Source of the DNA: Eledone cirrhosa
Lineage: Eukaryota
Assembly (NCBI GenBank): GCA_964016885.1
Contig: OZ024745.1
Span: forward strand, 99,262,001-99,326,000
Length of the DNA: 64,000 nt
Direction of reading: 5' to 3'
Under the pieces are notes generated by a model. It worked only from the letters and a program-made list of their open reading frames with translations, made no database searches and was not told the origin of the DNA. Of the stretch, positions 13,468-27,814 are shown one piece after another; the first letter of the stretch is position 1, and every line of letters begins with the position of its first letter. A program made the translations under genes and the position numbers.

Positions 13468-14545
13468 GGTAGAGGGTCGGCGCTATGCTTTGACGCATAG
13501 AGTTACGGCCCTTCCCATTCTGAGTTCAAATCCCGCCGAGGTTAACTTTGCTTTTCATCCTTACGGGGTCGATAAAATAAAGTACCAGTAATGCACTGGG
13601 AAATTGTTGGCCTTGTGCCAAAAGTAGAAACAATTATTAACTTTGTGGTGGATTGGCAGTATCGGTAGAGGGCCGGACGCCATGCTTTGCAGCAACGAGT
13701 TACGGCCCTTTATGGTCGGAGTTCAAATCCCGCCGAGGCTTACTTTGCCTTTCATCCTTAGGGGGTCGATAAAAAATAAAGTACCAGTAATGTACCAGTA
13801 ATTGCTGGCCTTGTGCCAAAAGTAGAAATAATTAACTTTGTGGATTGAGTTAAAATCTCGCCGAGGTTAACTTTGCTTTTCATCTTTACGGGGTCGATAA
13901 AATAAAGTACCAGTAATACACTGAGATAATTGCTGGCCTTGTGCCAAAAGTAGAAACAATTATTAACTTTGTGGATTGGCAGTATCGGTAGAGGGTCGGA
14001 TGTGATGCTTTGACGCATAGAGTTACGGCCCTTTCCATTCTGAGTTCAAATCCCTCCGAGGTCAACTTTGCCTTTCATCCTTACGGGGTCGATAAAATAA
14101 AGTACCAGTAATGTACTGGGTAATTGCTGGCCTTGTGCCAAAAGTAGAAACAATTATTTAATTGGGGAAGGGCGGTGGATTGGCAGTATCGGTAGAGGGT
14201 CGGACGCCATGCTTTGCATCAAAGAGTTACGGCCCTTTATGGTCGGAGTTCAAATCCCGCCGAGGCTAACTTTGCCTTTCATCCTTACGGGGTCAATAAA
14301 ATAAAGTACCAGTAATACACTGGGATAATTGCTGGCCTTGTGCCAAAAGTAGAAACAATTATTTAATTGGTGAATTGGCAGTATCGGTAGAGGGTCGGAC
14401 ATGCTTTCCAGTGTAGTTACGTCTCTTTACGATCTGAATTCAAATCCCGCCAAGGTTAACTTTGCCTTTCATCCTTACGGGGTCGATAAAATAAAGTACT
14501 GGGTAATTGCTGGCCTTGTGCCAAAAGTAGAAACAATTATTTAAT
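13468..14545 (+). mobile_element. Head-to-tail array of ~6 Nin-domain SINE monomers
   Basis: Repeated SINE units, each ending gtagaaa(c/t)aatta and joined by short linkers. Confidence 0.9.
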
Positions 14546-14849
14546 TTAGAAACAATTATTTAATTTACCTTTTTTCTCTTTTCTTTATTTCTCCATGTGT
14601 TTTATTTTAGCGCCCCATAAAAAAAATATATATTTCAAAAATTGAAATGTATAAATGCTAGAATTAAGAGATAAGTCGGCAGAATCGTTAGAATGTAATG
14701 CCTCCGATATTTAATACTGAGGTCAACTTTGTCTTCCCCTTTTTTTAAGTCTACAAAAATAAAGAACCATACATTTAATATTCTTAAAATCTTTAATATC
14801 CTAAATATGAATAGAGAAGCATGTTTAAACTCGAAAGGAATTATTTGTC

Positions 14850-15680
14850 AAGCCCTAAGTTGTTTTGTTTCCCCAGTTAGTCCCTTTCACAAGTTCTCGT
14901 CGTCTCTCCAACGCTTTGACTACCTAATATTCAGTGAGCTCGAGGGCTGGTCAATGTTCGACTCTCTCTAGAGTCCCGCGACCCAGCTGCCTTGCCCAAA
15001 CGGTTCGGAGGTTTCGGTTTGTGCAAACGCTCATCTTTGTCTTTACATTGCTTTCTTTCCTCCATCCACGCTTGCTCCTCTTTAATGGGTGACATCCTCT
15101 CTTTTTCAACATAGACTAGTTCCACCAGCGAGGTGGATGAAGCTTTACTACAATGGAGAGAGCCTGATTTGTCAGTTCCCGTTACTGATGCGGATAGACG
15201 GAAGCAGAGAGTATGGGACAATCTGCGTTCGAGTGAAACTTATAACTCTCTCTTTAATCATGCTGATTAAATGGCCTTACCCTTTGTCCCTGGGTATCAT
15301 TTGTGACGCCACAGTCAGTGACTCTTTTGTTCCTTCCCATATCATGGATTCCGCAGTAAATGTGACGATTACTGCTTCCGTTGCCGAACTGAATAAAATT
15401 GGGAAATATCGGGATCTATCTAATAATTATTTTTTCCAGCCTATGGCGTTCGGGACGTTTGGTGGAGTGAGGCCGCTGATAGCAAAGTTCTTATCGTTAT
15501 TAGCGGCTCGCCTTATTGAGGTGTTAGGTGATGCTGTGAGGGTGCCTGGTTGTTTCAGTGCCTTAGCCTCGCCATCACCCAATGCTGTGAGCTTGTTGGC
15601 TTGCCTCAACATATTCCGTTGATCCTTGTGATGTGCGGCCGATTGTTGCACTTGGTGGTGAGTTAATGGTAACTTTTGGT
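14850..15680 (+). mobile_element. Decayed CRE-like non-LTR element, 3' portion with RLE domain
   Basis: QRVWD; ICDATVSDSFVPSH; KIGKYRDLSNNYFFQPMAFGTFGG; frameshifted WLFQCLSLA. Confidence 0.75.
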
Positions 15681-16899
15681 TTTGTTTTTGCTTCCCACTT
15701 TTTTTCTTCGTTCTCTCGCTCTGGTCATATATTTTAGTGCGTTGTTTTTGGTGGGGTTCCTAGCAATAGATAATTGTATTTGTTATATGTGTTTATATTT
15801 GTGTTTACCAACGACATTATATTTGCAATGTTATTTAATTATATATTTAAAACATAATAAAATATATTTAATAAATAACATTACAAATTGTTCACAATTC
15901 TTTCAGAATAAAAATATAAGCAGAAATATAAACACGTATAATAAATACAATTAGCTATTGCTAGGAACTTCACAAACACAACGGAGCAAAATATACGACC
16001 TGAGCAAGAGAAAGAAGAAAAAAGAAAGAAAAAGGAAACAAAAATAAAAACAACCATACAAAATCGTAAGGTCAATTATTGGCGGCACATTGTGTCCTTG
16101 AGCAAAAAACTTTATTTTACATTGCTCCAGTCCACTCAGTTTGTTGAAATGAGTTGTACTTGTAACTCAAAGGGTCAATTTTGTCGCTCAATGTGTTACA
16201 CTGAGTCTCGTTGAGAATTACGTTAAAGGTGCACGTGTGTGCGGAAAGCTCAGCCGTTCATTTATGAGCAGGCTATACCGTTATTCGAACAATTGAAATG
16301 CTAGTCGTCGGAATCGTCGGGTGTCCAACACTAGACATACAAAATGAGATGGGCAGAGGTCTGTACGATCAGGGTTGACTTGAGGCTAAACAAAAAACTA
16401 TAATCAACTGCAACATGTTATTTTCAGGCAACTTTGATGCTTTATATGTATTATGGGAATCTGTAGCCTTGATTAGTATACCAACATGTATCTGCGATTC
16501 ATCGAAATCACAAGAAAACATTTTCTGAAAATTTCTCAAGGAATCTGTAATTATTTAACCTAGTTACTTCCCTTTAAATGTTTAAAAAAATTAACAAATA
16601 GCTTCGTGGTTGCTAACCTGCTAGAATTAACAACCAGATCTTCAATGCTGAGCTTAGATATAACACATTGGATAAAGACTTAAAGACTTTCATTTTCATC
16701 TCATTTCTAATGGCAAAGAAAAACACAATATTTTATTACCTCATTAACTGCTTAATGAACAACCACAAGGATATGGTCTGAACGTGTATTTGTGTGTATG
16801 TGTGTGTAGTGTATGCACACGCACACACATATATACACATATAATAGACTTCAAAATATTCATAGATAACCGAGACATGGAAACCTAAGTTAAAAGAGA

Positions 16900-17240
16900 G
16901 ACAAATTCTATGGAAACAGTAGGGCACACAGCTATAATGAACACAACCAGAAGGATATGGTCCGAACGTGGAAGAGCCGAACTCCCACTGTCATTACCTC
17001 CATCTCTCTCGACCTCCCTATCTCTCTGTATGGTGAGGAAATGGGGTCCCACGTGCTGGCCTCCCCACAGAATGGAGAAGGCGTTTGCCCGGAGGATGGT
17101 AAGGGAGATGCACTCACGAGGCTCACACCTGCGGCTGGCCAGCTCAGCGCCTATGGTAGTGAGTAGGGAGGTAGTCCTAGGGCCAAGGACACCAGAAGTC
17201 TCTACTGCTAAGGGCACCGTGAACCTGTCGGAGAGCAACC
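16900..17240 (-). mobile_element. CRE-like element 3' end (second subfamily)
   Basis: FTVPLAVETSGVLGP...ISLTILRANAFSIL; homologous copy at 43250-43570. Confidence 0.7.
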
Positions 17241-18524
17241 GGAGGTCTATTCAATCAGGGCTGACTTTACGTGTTCGAAGTCAATAAGAAAAACAACTTG
17301 ATCATACGATTGCTTATTTGCTTCCTTTACGTGGTCACTCGGCCCACTGGAATTCGCAGCCAAACATTCCTTAAACATTGTCTTCAAACATTGGATAACG
17401 TAGTTTTATTTTATATAAGAACCAACGGTTAAGTACATTGAGTTTTAATCCACAGTTTTAGAATTCCATGTTTATTAAAATTTGTGTTGAAATATTTACA
17501 TAGATTATCATCAGATTACCAATTTGCATTAAAAATGTAGCAAGAGAAAGAAAAATAAATAAAGAAAGCATCCCCCACCCTCCAAAGTGGGAGCAGATAT
17601 TTTTACGTAATTACATTACGGCCGCTGACAGCGAAGTTCTTGTCTTCACTGGCGGCTCGCCTTACTCAGCTGTCAGGTGATGCTGGTGAGGATGCCTGGT
17701 TATTTCAGCGCCTTAGCCTCGCCACCACCCGTGGTAATGCTGTGAGCGTGTTGGCCAGCCTGAAAGTGTGCAGTTTAACCCCTAAGGTGTAAGGTGTGGC
17801 CGATTATCACACTTCCTGGTAAATTGCCCCCACCCACTTTTTCCTTCTTTTTTCTTTCTTTTATCATTTTTATTCAATGAATTCATATAATTGTGTTATT
17901 ACACATGGTTTCGACATTATATCTGTCCTCCTGAACGAATTGCGAGCAATTTATAATGCTAATTACACATTTGTTATGTTATTTATGTATATATGTAAAA
18001 CATATTTGCAAAGTTATTCTACTGTAAATTTATGCAATTGTAATAAAATACTCGTTGTTCTTATTTTTTAGATAATCTAATATACTTGCAGCATTGCTGC
18101 GGGTGACAGCGTGGCTGAGACGCTGGAATAAACAAGCACCTCTCATGAGGATCACTTGACACATCGGTAAAGTGAGTTGCCAGCAAAGACAAGAACTTCA
18201 TTATCAGTGGTCCAGCTCTCCCAAACGTTTCCTACTGCACAGGATGAACAAATTGGTTAGCTGATGAATGTATGCATATGTAACAGTAAACTTATATTAC
18301 GTAACAGGGTTTGTAGTGAGGACTGGGCTCAATTTGTCAAACTACTTTATAACGTGACTTTTTAGATGCATAGTGATTTGGGGAAGGGAAAAGGCAGAAA
18401 AATAAGCATCTTATGGTGGGAAATATGGTCTCTCTCTCTCTCTCTCTCTCCCTATCGTCTTCTTTATCTCTCTCTCATGCCGTAAGGATGAAAGGCAAAG
18501 CTACTACCGTCCTAAGGAACTAAA

Positions 18525-21030
18525 TAATTGTTTCCACATTTAGCACAAGGCCAGCAATTACCCAATACATTACTGGTACTTTATTTTATCAACCCCGTAA
18601 GGATGAAAGGCAAAGTTAATCTCGACGGGATTTGAACTCAGACCTTAAAGGGACGTAACTATGCTGGAAAGCATGGCGTCCGACCCTCTACCGATACTGC
18701 CAATTTCAACTCAGACCATAATCCCGCCAAGGAAACAACGAAAATGGTTTAACTGCAGTTCATTCTACGTATATCACAACTGAGTATAAAGATTCGAAAC
18801 GGGCCATAGCTTTGATGACACTTTATAGTATTCACTACGAAAGACTTTATCTCAACAGTATAGATCGGGGTAGAGGTGGTGAATTGGTAGAGTCGTTAGA
18901 ACGATGGATAGAATGCTCTGCGGTGTTCGTTTCGGTTCTCTGCGCTTTGAGTTCAAATTCCACCGAGGTCAACTTTGTCTTTCATCCTTTCGAGATAAAA
19001 AAAAAAATAATAATAATTGTTTCTACTTTAGGCACAAGGCCAGCAATTACCCAGTGCATTACTGGTACTTTATTTTATCGACCCCGTAAGGATGAAAGGC
19101 AAAGTCAACCTCGGCGGGATTTGAACTCAGATCGTAAAGGGACGTAACTATGCTGGAAAGCATGGCGTCCGACCCTCTACCGATACTGCCAATCCAAAAT
19201 AATAGCAGCACATTATTGAGGCCGGTTCTTCCTCTATATCCCTTTCTTACTCTCTCCTTCTCTGAAAGAAATCGGTTATGTTCAGACCCGGAGAATGGTT
19301 GGGTTCCACCAAGTTTTAAATGCCCAAGAAACGTATGTCACTACGGTGCTCCCACGACTCCACCAGGAGTTACCGGTTCACACACACATAATACATTTGG
19401 GTCCAACTGAAGATACAAAAAAAAAAAGCGACCTGTTCCTTAGTGATACTATAATGAACCGATGTATATATTATTCGATATGTCCTGTACTGTTTTAAGA
19501 CGGTAGGGTAATATTTGCGGAATATTTGGCTAAAAGTTCTAGTGAATCGAGCGACCGGTAAATAATGTAGTTCTTGATTTCGGGCACATCAAGTTATCCT
19601 TGATTGAGTAGACTTATAATTGTTTCTACTATTGGCACAAGACCAGCAATTACCCCAGTACATTACTGGTACTTTATTTTATCGACCCCATAAAGATGAA
19701 AGGCAAAGTGAACCCCGGCTGGATTTGAACTCACACCATAAAGGGGCGTAACTCTGTGCTGCAAAGCAGTAGCGTCCGACCTTCTACTGATACTTCCAAT
19801 CCACCGTCCGTAGACTTATAATGAAGAACATTTGTATCTGGGACTACATAATCCAATATGTCATTTTTAAAGTAGGTATGGTATGATTTAATGGAAATTT
19901 AGCCGCTAAAAGCATTATAAACAATTTGTAATGTTATTTATAGAACTGTGAATACATCTAATTTTAACAAGTTAAACGATGTCAGAGCGGTCAGTAAAGG
20001 TTTAAAACATTTTAAAGGGAAGTAACTACGTAAAAACCCCAAAGATTTATTTTCTTCGACAAAATCTCAGAAAACGTGTTTTATGTAGTTTCGAGCTAAT
20101 ATAACGGTTGTTGGTTGAAGATAGTCAACTCTAGTTATGTATATTACTGTTATTATCAATGTTTCTGACATCATAGCCATACATGACAGTCAGCTGTTCT
20201 TCTGATGTTCTGTTGCGGCAGACCTGTTTATATTTTATTGACTTTATTCATAGTTGTATAAATAACATTACAAATCGTTTGCAATTCTTTCAGAAAATAT
20301 AAACAGAGCTTATAAATAAATTTACAGTAGAATAACATAACAAATATGTTTTAAATATATACATAAATAACATTACAAATGCTTAGGTAACATTATAAAT
20401 TGCTCGCGATTCTTTCAGAAAGATATATTCTTTTAATGTTATAATATTAAAGAAAATGTAAAGGAAGGGGTGAACAACGGAGCCAACACCAGAGCAAACG
20501 ACAGCAACGTCGCGAGGCGTACTGGGCAACCTCTCTAATAATTTTTGAGGCAAGCCAGCACACTCACTGTTTATATTCCATGGGATATTTGGTCAGCAGT
20601 CAGGAAATATTTTTCGAGAAGTTCCTTTCAGACTCTAGTGGTGTTATTTTACTGTTTTATGCAGATTTTTTCCCATAGATTCGCTGCAACATCAGGTAGT
20701 TAATAGATGGCGTCAAAGTGTTATGATGCAACAGAGAGGAAGAGAGGCTTATCACTTATTCAAATAGCACATTCAAAGACTGTAGATAAAGGTGGTGCAC
20801 ATGAAAGCATATACGATATGTTTATATATAATGGTTTCTAGTTTAGGCACAAGGCCAGCAATTTTTTCTGGGAAGGGGAAAGTCGATTAAATCAGTGCGT
20901 AACTTGTACTTTATTTTATCGACCCCGTAAGGAGGAAAGGCAAAGCTAACCTCGGTGGGATTTGAACTCAGAACGTAAAGGGCCGTAACTCTACGCCGCG
21001 AAGCAGGGTGTCCGACGCTCTACCGATACT
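18525..21030 (-). mobile_element. Dispersed Nin-domain SINEs (~18525-18705, 19015-19196, 19618-19808, 20830-21030)
   Basis: Reverse-complement SINE consensus at each site. Confidence 0.8.
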
Positions 21031-21690
21031 CTGTCAATGCCCCTAAACAATATTGGTTTCTGATTGGCATTTCAACTACACACAGAGAATCATACAGCCC
21101 ATTTGCCCTGTGAGCTTATTGCTACATTTGCTGGTATGTACATCCTGAAACAACTTGTCACTTTGTAATCAAACATAGCACAATAAACACATATTCTTTT
21201 TCCTTTATAAAGAAGTGAAGTAAAGATATCTCTAACCAAAATTATTGTATTTTTTGTGTTTATCATCTTTCTTCAACAACAACCACTAATTTCGCTTTAC
21301 ACTCCGTTGTAAGCATTCGCACCAGGTTACTGGTCAAAGGATAACCTCACCAGATATGGTGGCTAAGTCAGTATATAAAAAAAAGAAGCAACAAACACAT
21401 TGTGAGTCACTGATTTATTGTATGTTGACTGCTGTGTGAACCATTCTTTTTCATCTTGCCTTTTTAAAACGGTAGAGTAGATATGAAAGAATTTGGCTAC
21501 TGTTTCTTTCATGAATCACAGAGGCTGTTCGATGGCTCACATTTTTTCTCATTTTGCCGTTAGGTAGGAACACGTATCAAATTCAAACATTATTCTGTAC
21601 TTTTCTAGAATATCCCCATCACTCATGATATATTAATATAAATAAGACAGTAGTGGAACTACGTCGTACCTCGCAATAGCAACATTTTCA

Positions 21691-22625
21691 TCTATATATA
21701 TAAAACTGTGGTTGTCTGTCTGTCTATCGATTTTTGGCACACATCTCCTCTTAGAATCTCTCACGGAATTGCACCGAAATTGCTATACTTGTACATTGAC
21801 CCCTAGCGAAGACATCGGAAAAAAAATATTTCAAATTGACCCACCCTATGTGACGAAATCGAATATAATGTATCGATTTTTGAGCGTAAGTTATCAGTTA
21901 TTTCCCTTTGTTCTGTTTACATTGAGCGTCTTACGTAAAAAATTACGCTGGCTTTAACAGTTGTCGAGCCAGCAAAATATTGACCTGCAAAATTCATCAG
22001 TTCGAACACTAAGCTTCCGTTTTGCTTCATTTCCATTTAAAAGCATTTTAAAACAATATTTTTACTTGAAAACAAGTCTATTTAAAGACTACGTAAAACA
22101 AGCAAATATTTCGTCGTTAGGCGTGCAGACAGACAGTCGTGCAGAGAGGTGATATACGCGTGCAGACAGATAGTCGTGCAGAGAGGTGATATAGGCGTGC
22201 AGACAGACAGTCGTGCAGAGAGGTGATATAGGCGTGCAGACAGACAGTCGTGCAGAGAGGTGATATAGGCGTGCAGACAGACAGTCGTGCAGAGAGGTGA
22301 TATAGGCGTGCAGACAGACATAACTGATAATTTGGTTACGCTAATGTTTTTCTCTGCGTTGCAGTGTTTACATTTTCGATCTTTGTTAATAAATAACCAG
22401 TGCAGTTTCTATCCCCAGCATCCTCTTTTGTTATAACATTCGGGTTATCGTTATGTTTTCTTAACTTCATAAGGCATATTGTTGGTTGAGGGAATATTAA
22501 TCAAAAACACCACATGCAAGTCTGCACCGAAGACACTACAGTTTTTAAGCCAAAAAAGAAACTTAACATTGTAACTTTAACACAGCTACTGAGCGACCCC
22601 GAGCAACGCCGGGCTTTACTGCTAG
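21691..22625 (+). mobile_element. Non-autonomous Helitron, copy 1
   Basis: A|TC start (tctatatatataaaa), 3' hairpin cccg-agcaacgc-cggg then CTAG|T, no TSD; internal 37-bp minisatellite. Confidence 0.9.
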
Positions 22626-23105
22626 TATACAATAAGGTTAAACTGACCAATGGTAAATCGCGTATGAATACATGGTCACTCTCTCTCTGGTGAAAAACCA
22701 GAGTGCAAGAGGAGACAAGGAGATGACTACGGAAGAGTGAAGAATTATAACAGAATGACTCCTACTATATTCCTTTCGACAATAAAAATTATATTTATAG
22801 AGGATTGAGCGTTAAAGAGATATTTATTTATATCTTGGAAGTCAGAAGCATGTCGTTAACAATAAGAAGCAACCAACTCATCGACTAAGGTATTTCTTTT
22901 ATATCGTTTGTAAAAAAACAAGACCCTTAGAAGATTTTAACTTGCAGTTATAAAAAGATATAGGTAACATTTAACTTCTCATCCTATCTATAAGACAATA
23001 ACATAATCCAAACTATTTTATTTCAAATTAAGGTTAAGGTTTAGGGTTAGTATTAATTCAGTTAGATTCCTGTTATTAAACCCTAACTGTAACCCTAAAC
23101 TCTAA

Positions 23106-24267
23106 TCTATATATATAAAACTGTGGTTGTCTGTCTGTCTATCGATTTTTGGCACACATCTCCTCTTAGAATCTCTCACGGAATTGCACCGAAATTGCTA
23201 TACTTGTACATTGAGCCCTAGCGAAGACATCGGAAAAAAAAATATTTCAAATTGACCCACCCTATGTGACGAAATCGAATATAATGTATCGATTTTTGAG
23301 CGTAAGTTATCAGTTATTTCCCTTTGTTCTGTTTACATTGAGCGTCTTACGTAAAAAATTACGCTGGCTTTCTCAGCAAAATATTGACCTGCAAAATTCA
23401 TCAGTTCGAACACTAAGCTTCCGTTTTGCTTCATTTCCATTTAAAAGCATTTTAAAACAATATTTTTACTTGAAAACAAGTCTATTTAAAGACTACGTAA
23501 AACAAGCAAATATTTCGTCGTTAGGCGTGCAGACAGACAGTCGTGCAGACAGACAGTCGTGCAGAGAGGTGATATAGGCGTGCAGACAGACAGTCGTGCA
23601 GAGAGGTGATATAGGCGTGTAGACAGATAGTCGTGCAGAGAGGTGATATAGGCGTGCAGACAGACAGTCGTGCAGAGAGGTGATATAGGCGTGCAGACAG
23701 ACAGTCGTGCAGAGAGGTGATATAGGCGTGCAGACAGACAGTCGTGCAGAGAGGTGATATACGCGTGCAGACAGATAGTCGTGCAGAGAGGTGATATAGG
23801 CGTGCAGACAGACAGTCGTACAGAGAGGTGATATAGGCGTGTAGACAGATAGTCGTGCAGAGAGGTGATATAGGCGTGCAGACAGACAGTCGTGCAGAGA
23901 GGTGATATAGGCGTGCAGACAGACAGTCGTGCAGAGAGGTGATATAGGCGTGCAGACAGACATAACTGATAATTTGGTTACGCTAATGTTTTTCTCTGCG
24001 TTGCAGTGTTTACATTTTCGATCTTTGTTAATAAATAACCAGTGCAGTTTCTATCCCCAGCATCCTCTTTTGTTATAACATTCGGGTTATCGTTATGTTT
24101 TCTTAACTTCATAAGGCATATTGTTGGTTGAGGGAATATTAATCAAAAACACCACATGCAAGTCTGCACAGTAGACACTACAGTTTTTAAGCCAAGAAAG
24201 AAACTTAACATTGTAACTTTAACACAGCTACTGAGCGACCCCGAGCAACGCCGGGCTTTACTGCTAG
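23106..24267 (+). mobile_element. Non-autonomous Helitron, copy 2
   Basis: Same termini; expanded internal minisatellite; ends CTAG directly joined to the TC of copy 3. Confidence 0.9.
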
Positions 24268-25824
24268 TCTATATATATAAAACTGTGGTTGTCTGTCTGT
24301 CTATCGATTTTTGGCACACATCTCCTCTTAGAATCTCTCACGGAATTGCACCGAAATTGCTATACTTGTACATTGAGCCCTAGCGAAGACATCGGAAAAA
24401 AAAATATTTCAAATTGACCCACCCTATGTGACGAAATCGAATATAATGTATCGATTTTTGAGCGTAAGTTATCAGTTATTTCCCTTTGTTCTGTTTACAT
24501 TGAGCGTCTTACGTAAAAAATTACGCTGGCTTTAACAGTTGTCGAGCCAGCAAAATATTGACCTGCAAAATTCATCAGTTCGAACACTAAGCTTCCGTTT
24601 TGCTTCATTTCCATTTAAAAGCATTTTAAAACAATATTTTTACTTGAAAACAAGTCTATTTAAAGACTACGTAAAACAAGCAAATATTTCGTCGTTAGGC
24701 GTGCAGACAGACAGTCGTGCAGACAGACAGTCGTGCAGAGAGGTGATATAGGCGTGCAGACAGACAATCGTGCAGAGAGGTGATATAGGCGTGCAGACAG
24801 ATAGTCGTGCAGAGAGGTGATATAGGCGTGCAGACAGACAGTCGTGCAGAGAGGTGATATAGGCGTGCAGACAGACAGTCGTGCAGAGAGGTGATATAGG
24901 CGTGCAGACAGACATAACTGATAATTTGGTTACGCTAATGTTTTTCTCTGCGTTGCAGTGTTTACATTTTCGATCTTTGTTAATAAATAACCAGTGCAGT
25001 TTCTATCCCCAGCATCCTCTTTTGTTATAACATTCGGGTTATCGTTATGTTTTCTTAACTTCATAAGGCATATTGTTGGTTGAGGGAATATTAATCAAAA
25101 TTAAAAGCCTTTTAAAACAATATTTTTACTTGAAAACAAGTCTATTTAAAGACTACGTAAAACAAGCAAATATTTCGTAAAAAAAAAGCAAAAATTATAT
25201 AAGTTTATTTAAAATATATGTATCTGTAAATTTCGTTAGGCGTGCAGACAGACAGTCGTGCAGACAGACAGTCGTGCAGACAGACAGTCGTGCAGACAGA
25301 CAGTCGTGCAGACAGACAGTCGTGCAGACAGACAGTCGTGCAGAGAGGTGATATAGGCGTGCAGACAGACAGTCGTGCAGAGAGGTGATATAGGCGTGCA
25401 GACAGACAGTCGTGCAGAGAGTTGATATAGGCGTGCAGACAGATAGTCGTGCAGAGAGGTGATATAGGCGTGCAGACAGACAGTCGTGCAGAGAGGTGAT
25501 ATAGGCGTGCAGACAGACATAACTGATAATTTGGTTACGCTAATGTTTTTCTCTGCGTTGCAGTGTTTACATTTTCGATCTTTGTTAATAAATAACCAGT
25601 GCAGTTTTTATCCCCAGCATCCTCTTTTGTTATAACATTCGGGTTATCGTTATGTTTTCTTAACTTCATAAGGCATATTGTTGGTTGAGGGAATATTAAT
25701 CAAAAACACCACATGCAAGTCTGCACAGTAGACACTACAGTTTTTAAGCCAAAAAAGAAACTTAACATTGTAACTTTAACACAGTTACTGAGCGACCCCG
25801 AGCAACGCCGGGCTTTACTGCTAG
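24268..25824 (+). mobile_element. Non-autonomous Helitron, copy 3, with internal duplication
   Basis: TC start at 24268; ~24615-25100 re-duplicated at ~25100-25700; ends hairpin + CTAG|T. Confidence 0.9.
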
Positions 25825-27369
25825 TTTGGAATAAATTAGTTTGGATTATATCATTGTGTTCAATTAATTTATCATGGGGAGGGGTGTTATTCTGAAAAAA
25901 AGCGCCCATTATTCTTATATAATCTGAGGATGTCCTCAATAATATTTTTGTCGAGGGAAGTTGATTGGTAGAATCAGTGGAGCGTCAGACAATGCACTGC
26001 GGCATTTATTTACGGCCCTTTTCGTTCTGAAATCAAATCCCGCAGAGATTTACTTTGCTTTTCATCCTTCTGGGGACGGTAAAGTAAGGTAACAACCAGT
26101 AAACAACTGGGTTTATTTAATCAGCTTTGCCCTTCCTCCAAATTTACTGGTCCCGGTGTCTAAATTATACGTAAATCTATATTCGTGACATATATTCAGG
26201 TGGACCACAGTACGATGTGTAAGGTTGGTGTCTCTGTCTTACTGCGAATTAATTGTCTCCTTCAAGTTGTTCATAACTGCTAGTATAGTATCAAAAAGAG
26301 ACTGTCTTTTTTTAAATACATCACTTTAGTACATAATTTCATCAGAAATAAAGCCGTTATTTTCTGTATTTAGCTTTTCAATAGTGATCAGAACTGACAC
26401 TAGGATTAGTAATGCCTGGGGAAAGCTGAATTTGGGTACCCTTACAAGTATAGGTTTTTTTAATGTTTACAAGAACAAGACGAAGAAACTGCACTGCAAA
26501 TAATGCATTTATTTCAATATACTAGCTTTGAGGGTGGTGGAGTGGCAGAATTATTAGAGCATTGGTCACATCCTTTATTGTAATTGTTACAGTTCTTCTT
26601 TAGACTCTGAGTTCAAATCACGTCAAAGTCAACTTTGCCTTTTGTCCTACCAGAGTCGACAAAATGAAATACAAATCAAGTACTGGGGTCGATTTAAATT
26701 AACATTCCCATTCCTCTTACTGGCTTTGAAACCATTACAATATACAAGCAGCACCCTCTCTAAAAAAAAAAAAAAAAAATCCACTGAAACTCAGCATTAA
26801 TTTTTCGAATCCTTTTAGTAATTAATATAAGTAAGAGCATCTTATGAACTCAATAGAATTTTGTTACGAGTAAACACCGAGTGAAGAGTGGGTGGCTGAG
26901 AGAAAGTCGTTGATCTCTTGCAGATGTAACGACTTTTCTTTGAGAATATCATATTCTTCTGGCTATAATATGCAATATCTAACAGTGGTTTAGATTTTAA
27001 CTACACTATTGAAAATATCTACACATGTTTTCACGATAATTATATAAAATAATCCAGCTTTTTTCAGTTTTAAGACATGTAATATATATAGCATCTACCT
27101 TCGACAGTTTAATCCACTGCATTAAAGCGGAATATTCTAAGGTTTTTAGAAATACAATACACTGAAATTCCGTTATAACTAAATTCATGGGGCATAAAAA
27201 ATTCAGTGTAACGAAAAATTCTTTATAACGAGATCGACCAAAACACAGCGAGCGTGTCGTGTAGCCAGGGATTGAAAAAAATTTAGTTATACTAAAAAAT
27301 TCGTTATAATGGTATTCGTTATAACGGAATTTTACATTATCATTTTCTAGTCACAAAATTGGCAAAGAA

Positions 27370-27550
27370 TTAAATCTGATTTTGTATTTGAAAGATCTGG
27401 AAGACCATTATCACATAGAGACCTGGATGTTTGTCCATGTTGCCGTTACCTTCAGCTGGCCCTAATATATTTTTTAATTCAGGACTATCCTGTGTACGCA
27501 TTATATTGTATATTGCCTTGGCTATGACATCATGCCTCGTAGTATATATG
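27370..27550 (-). mobile_element. Old R4/Dong-like fragment
   Basis: YTTRHDVIAKAIYNIMR resembles YLLMRHDVVAKTLYNAVR of the R4 element. Confidence 0.55.
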
Positions 27551-27814
27551 TATGTCTGTGTGGATGGATGGATGGATGGACGGACGGATGGACATACTCG
27601 GTCAGGTGCCCGAGCGTGTGGTAAGCCCACCGTAAGTGAGAGACACCAGGTCCTTGTTAGGATATCATTCCAATGTAAAATCTGTGACACGAAAACAACC
27701 AATGATGTTGATCGATTCTTGTTTTGGGACACTTGTCACTGTTCAGAGAGTGGGATTGATCCAATGCAGGGACTAAAAAAAGCTTCAAGCACAGGCATCA
27801 CTTAATTTAAAGGT

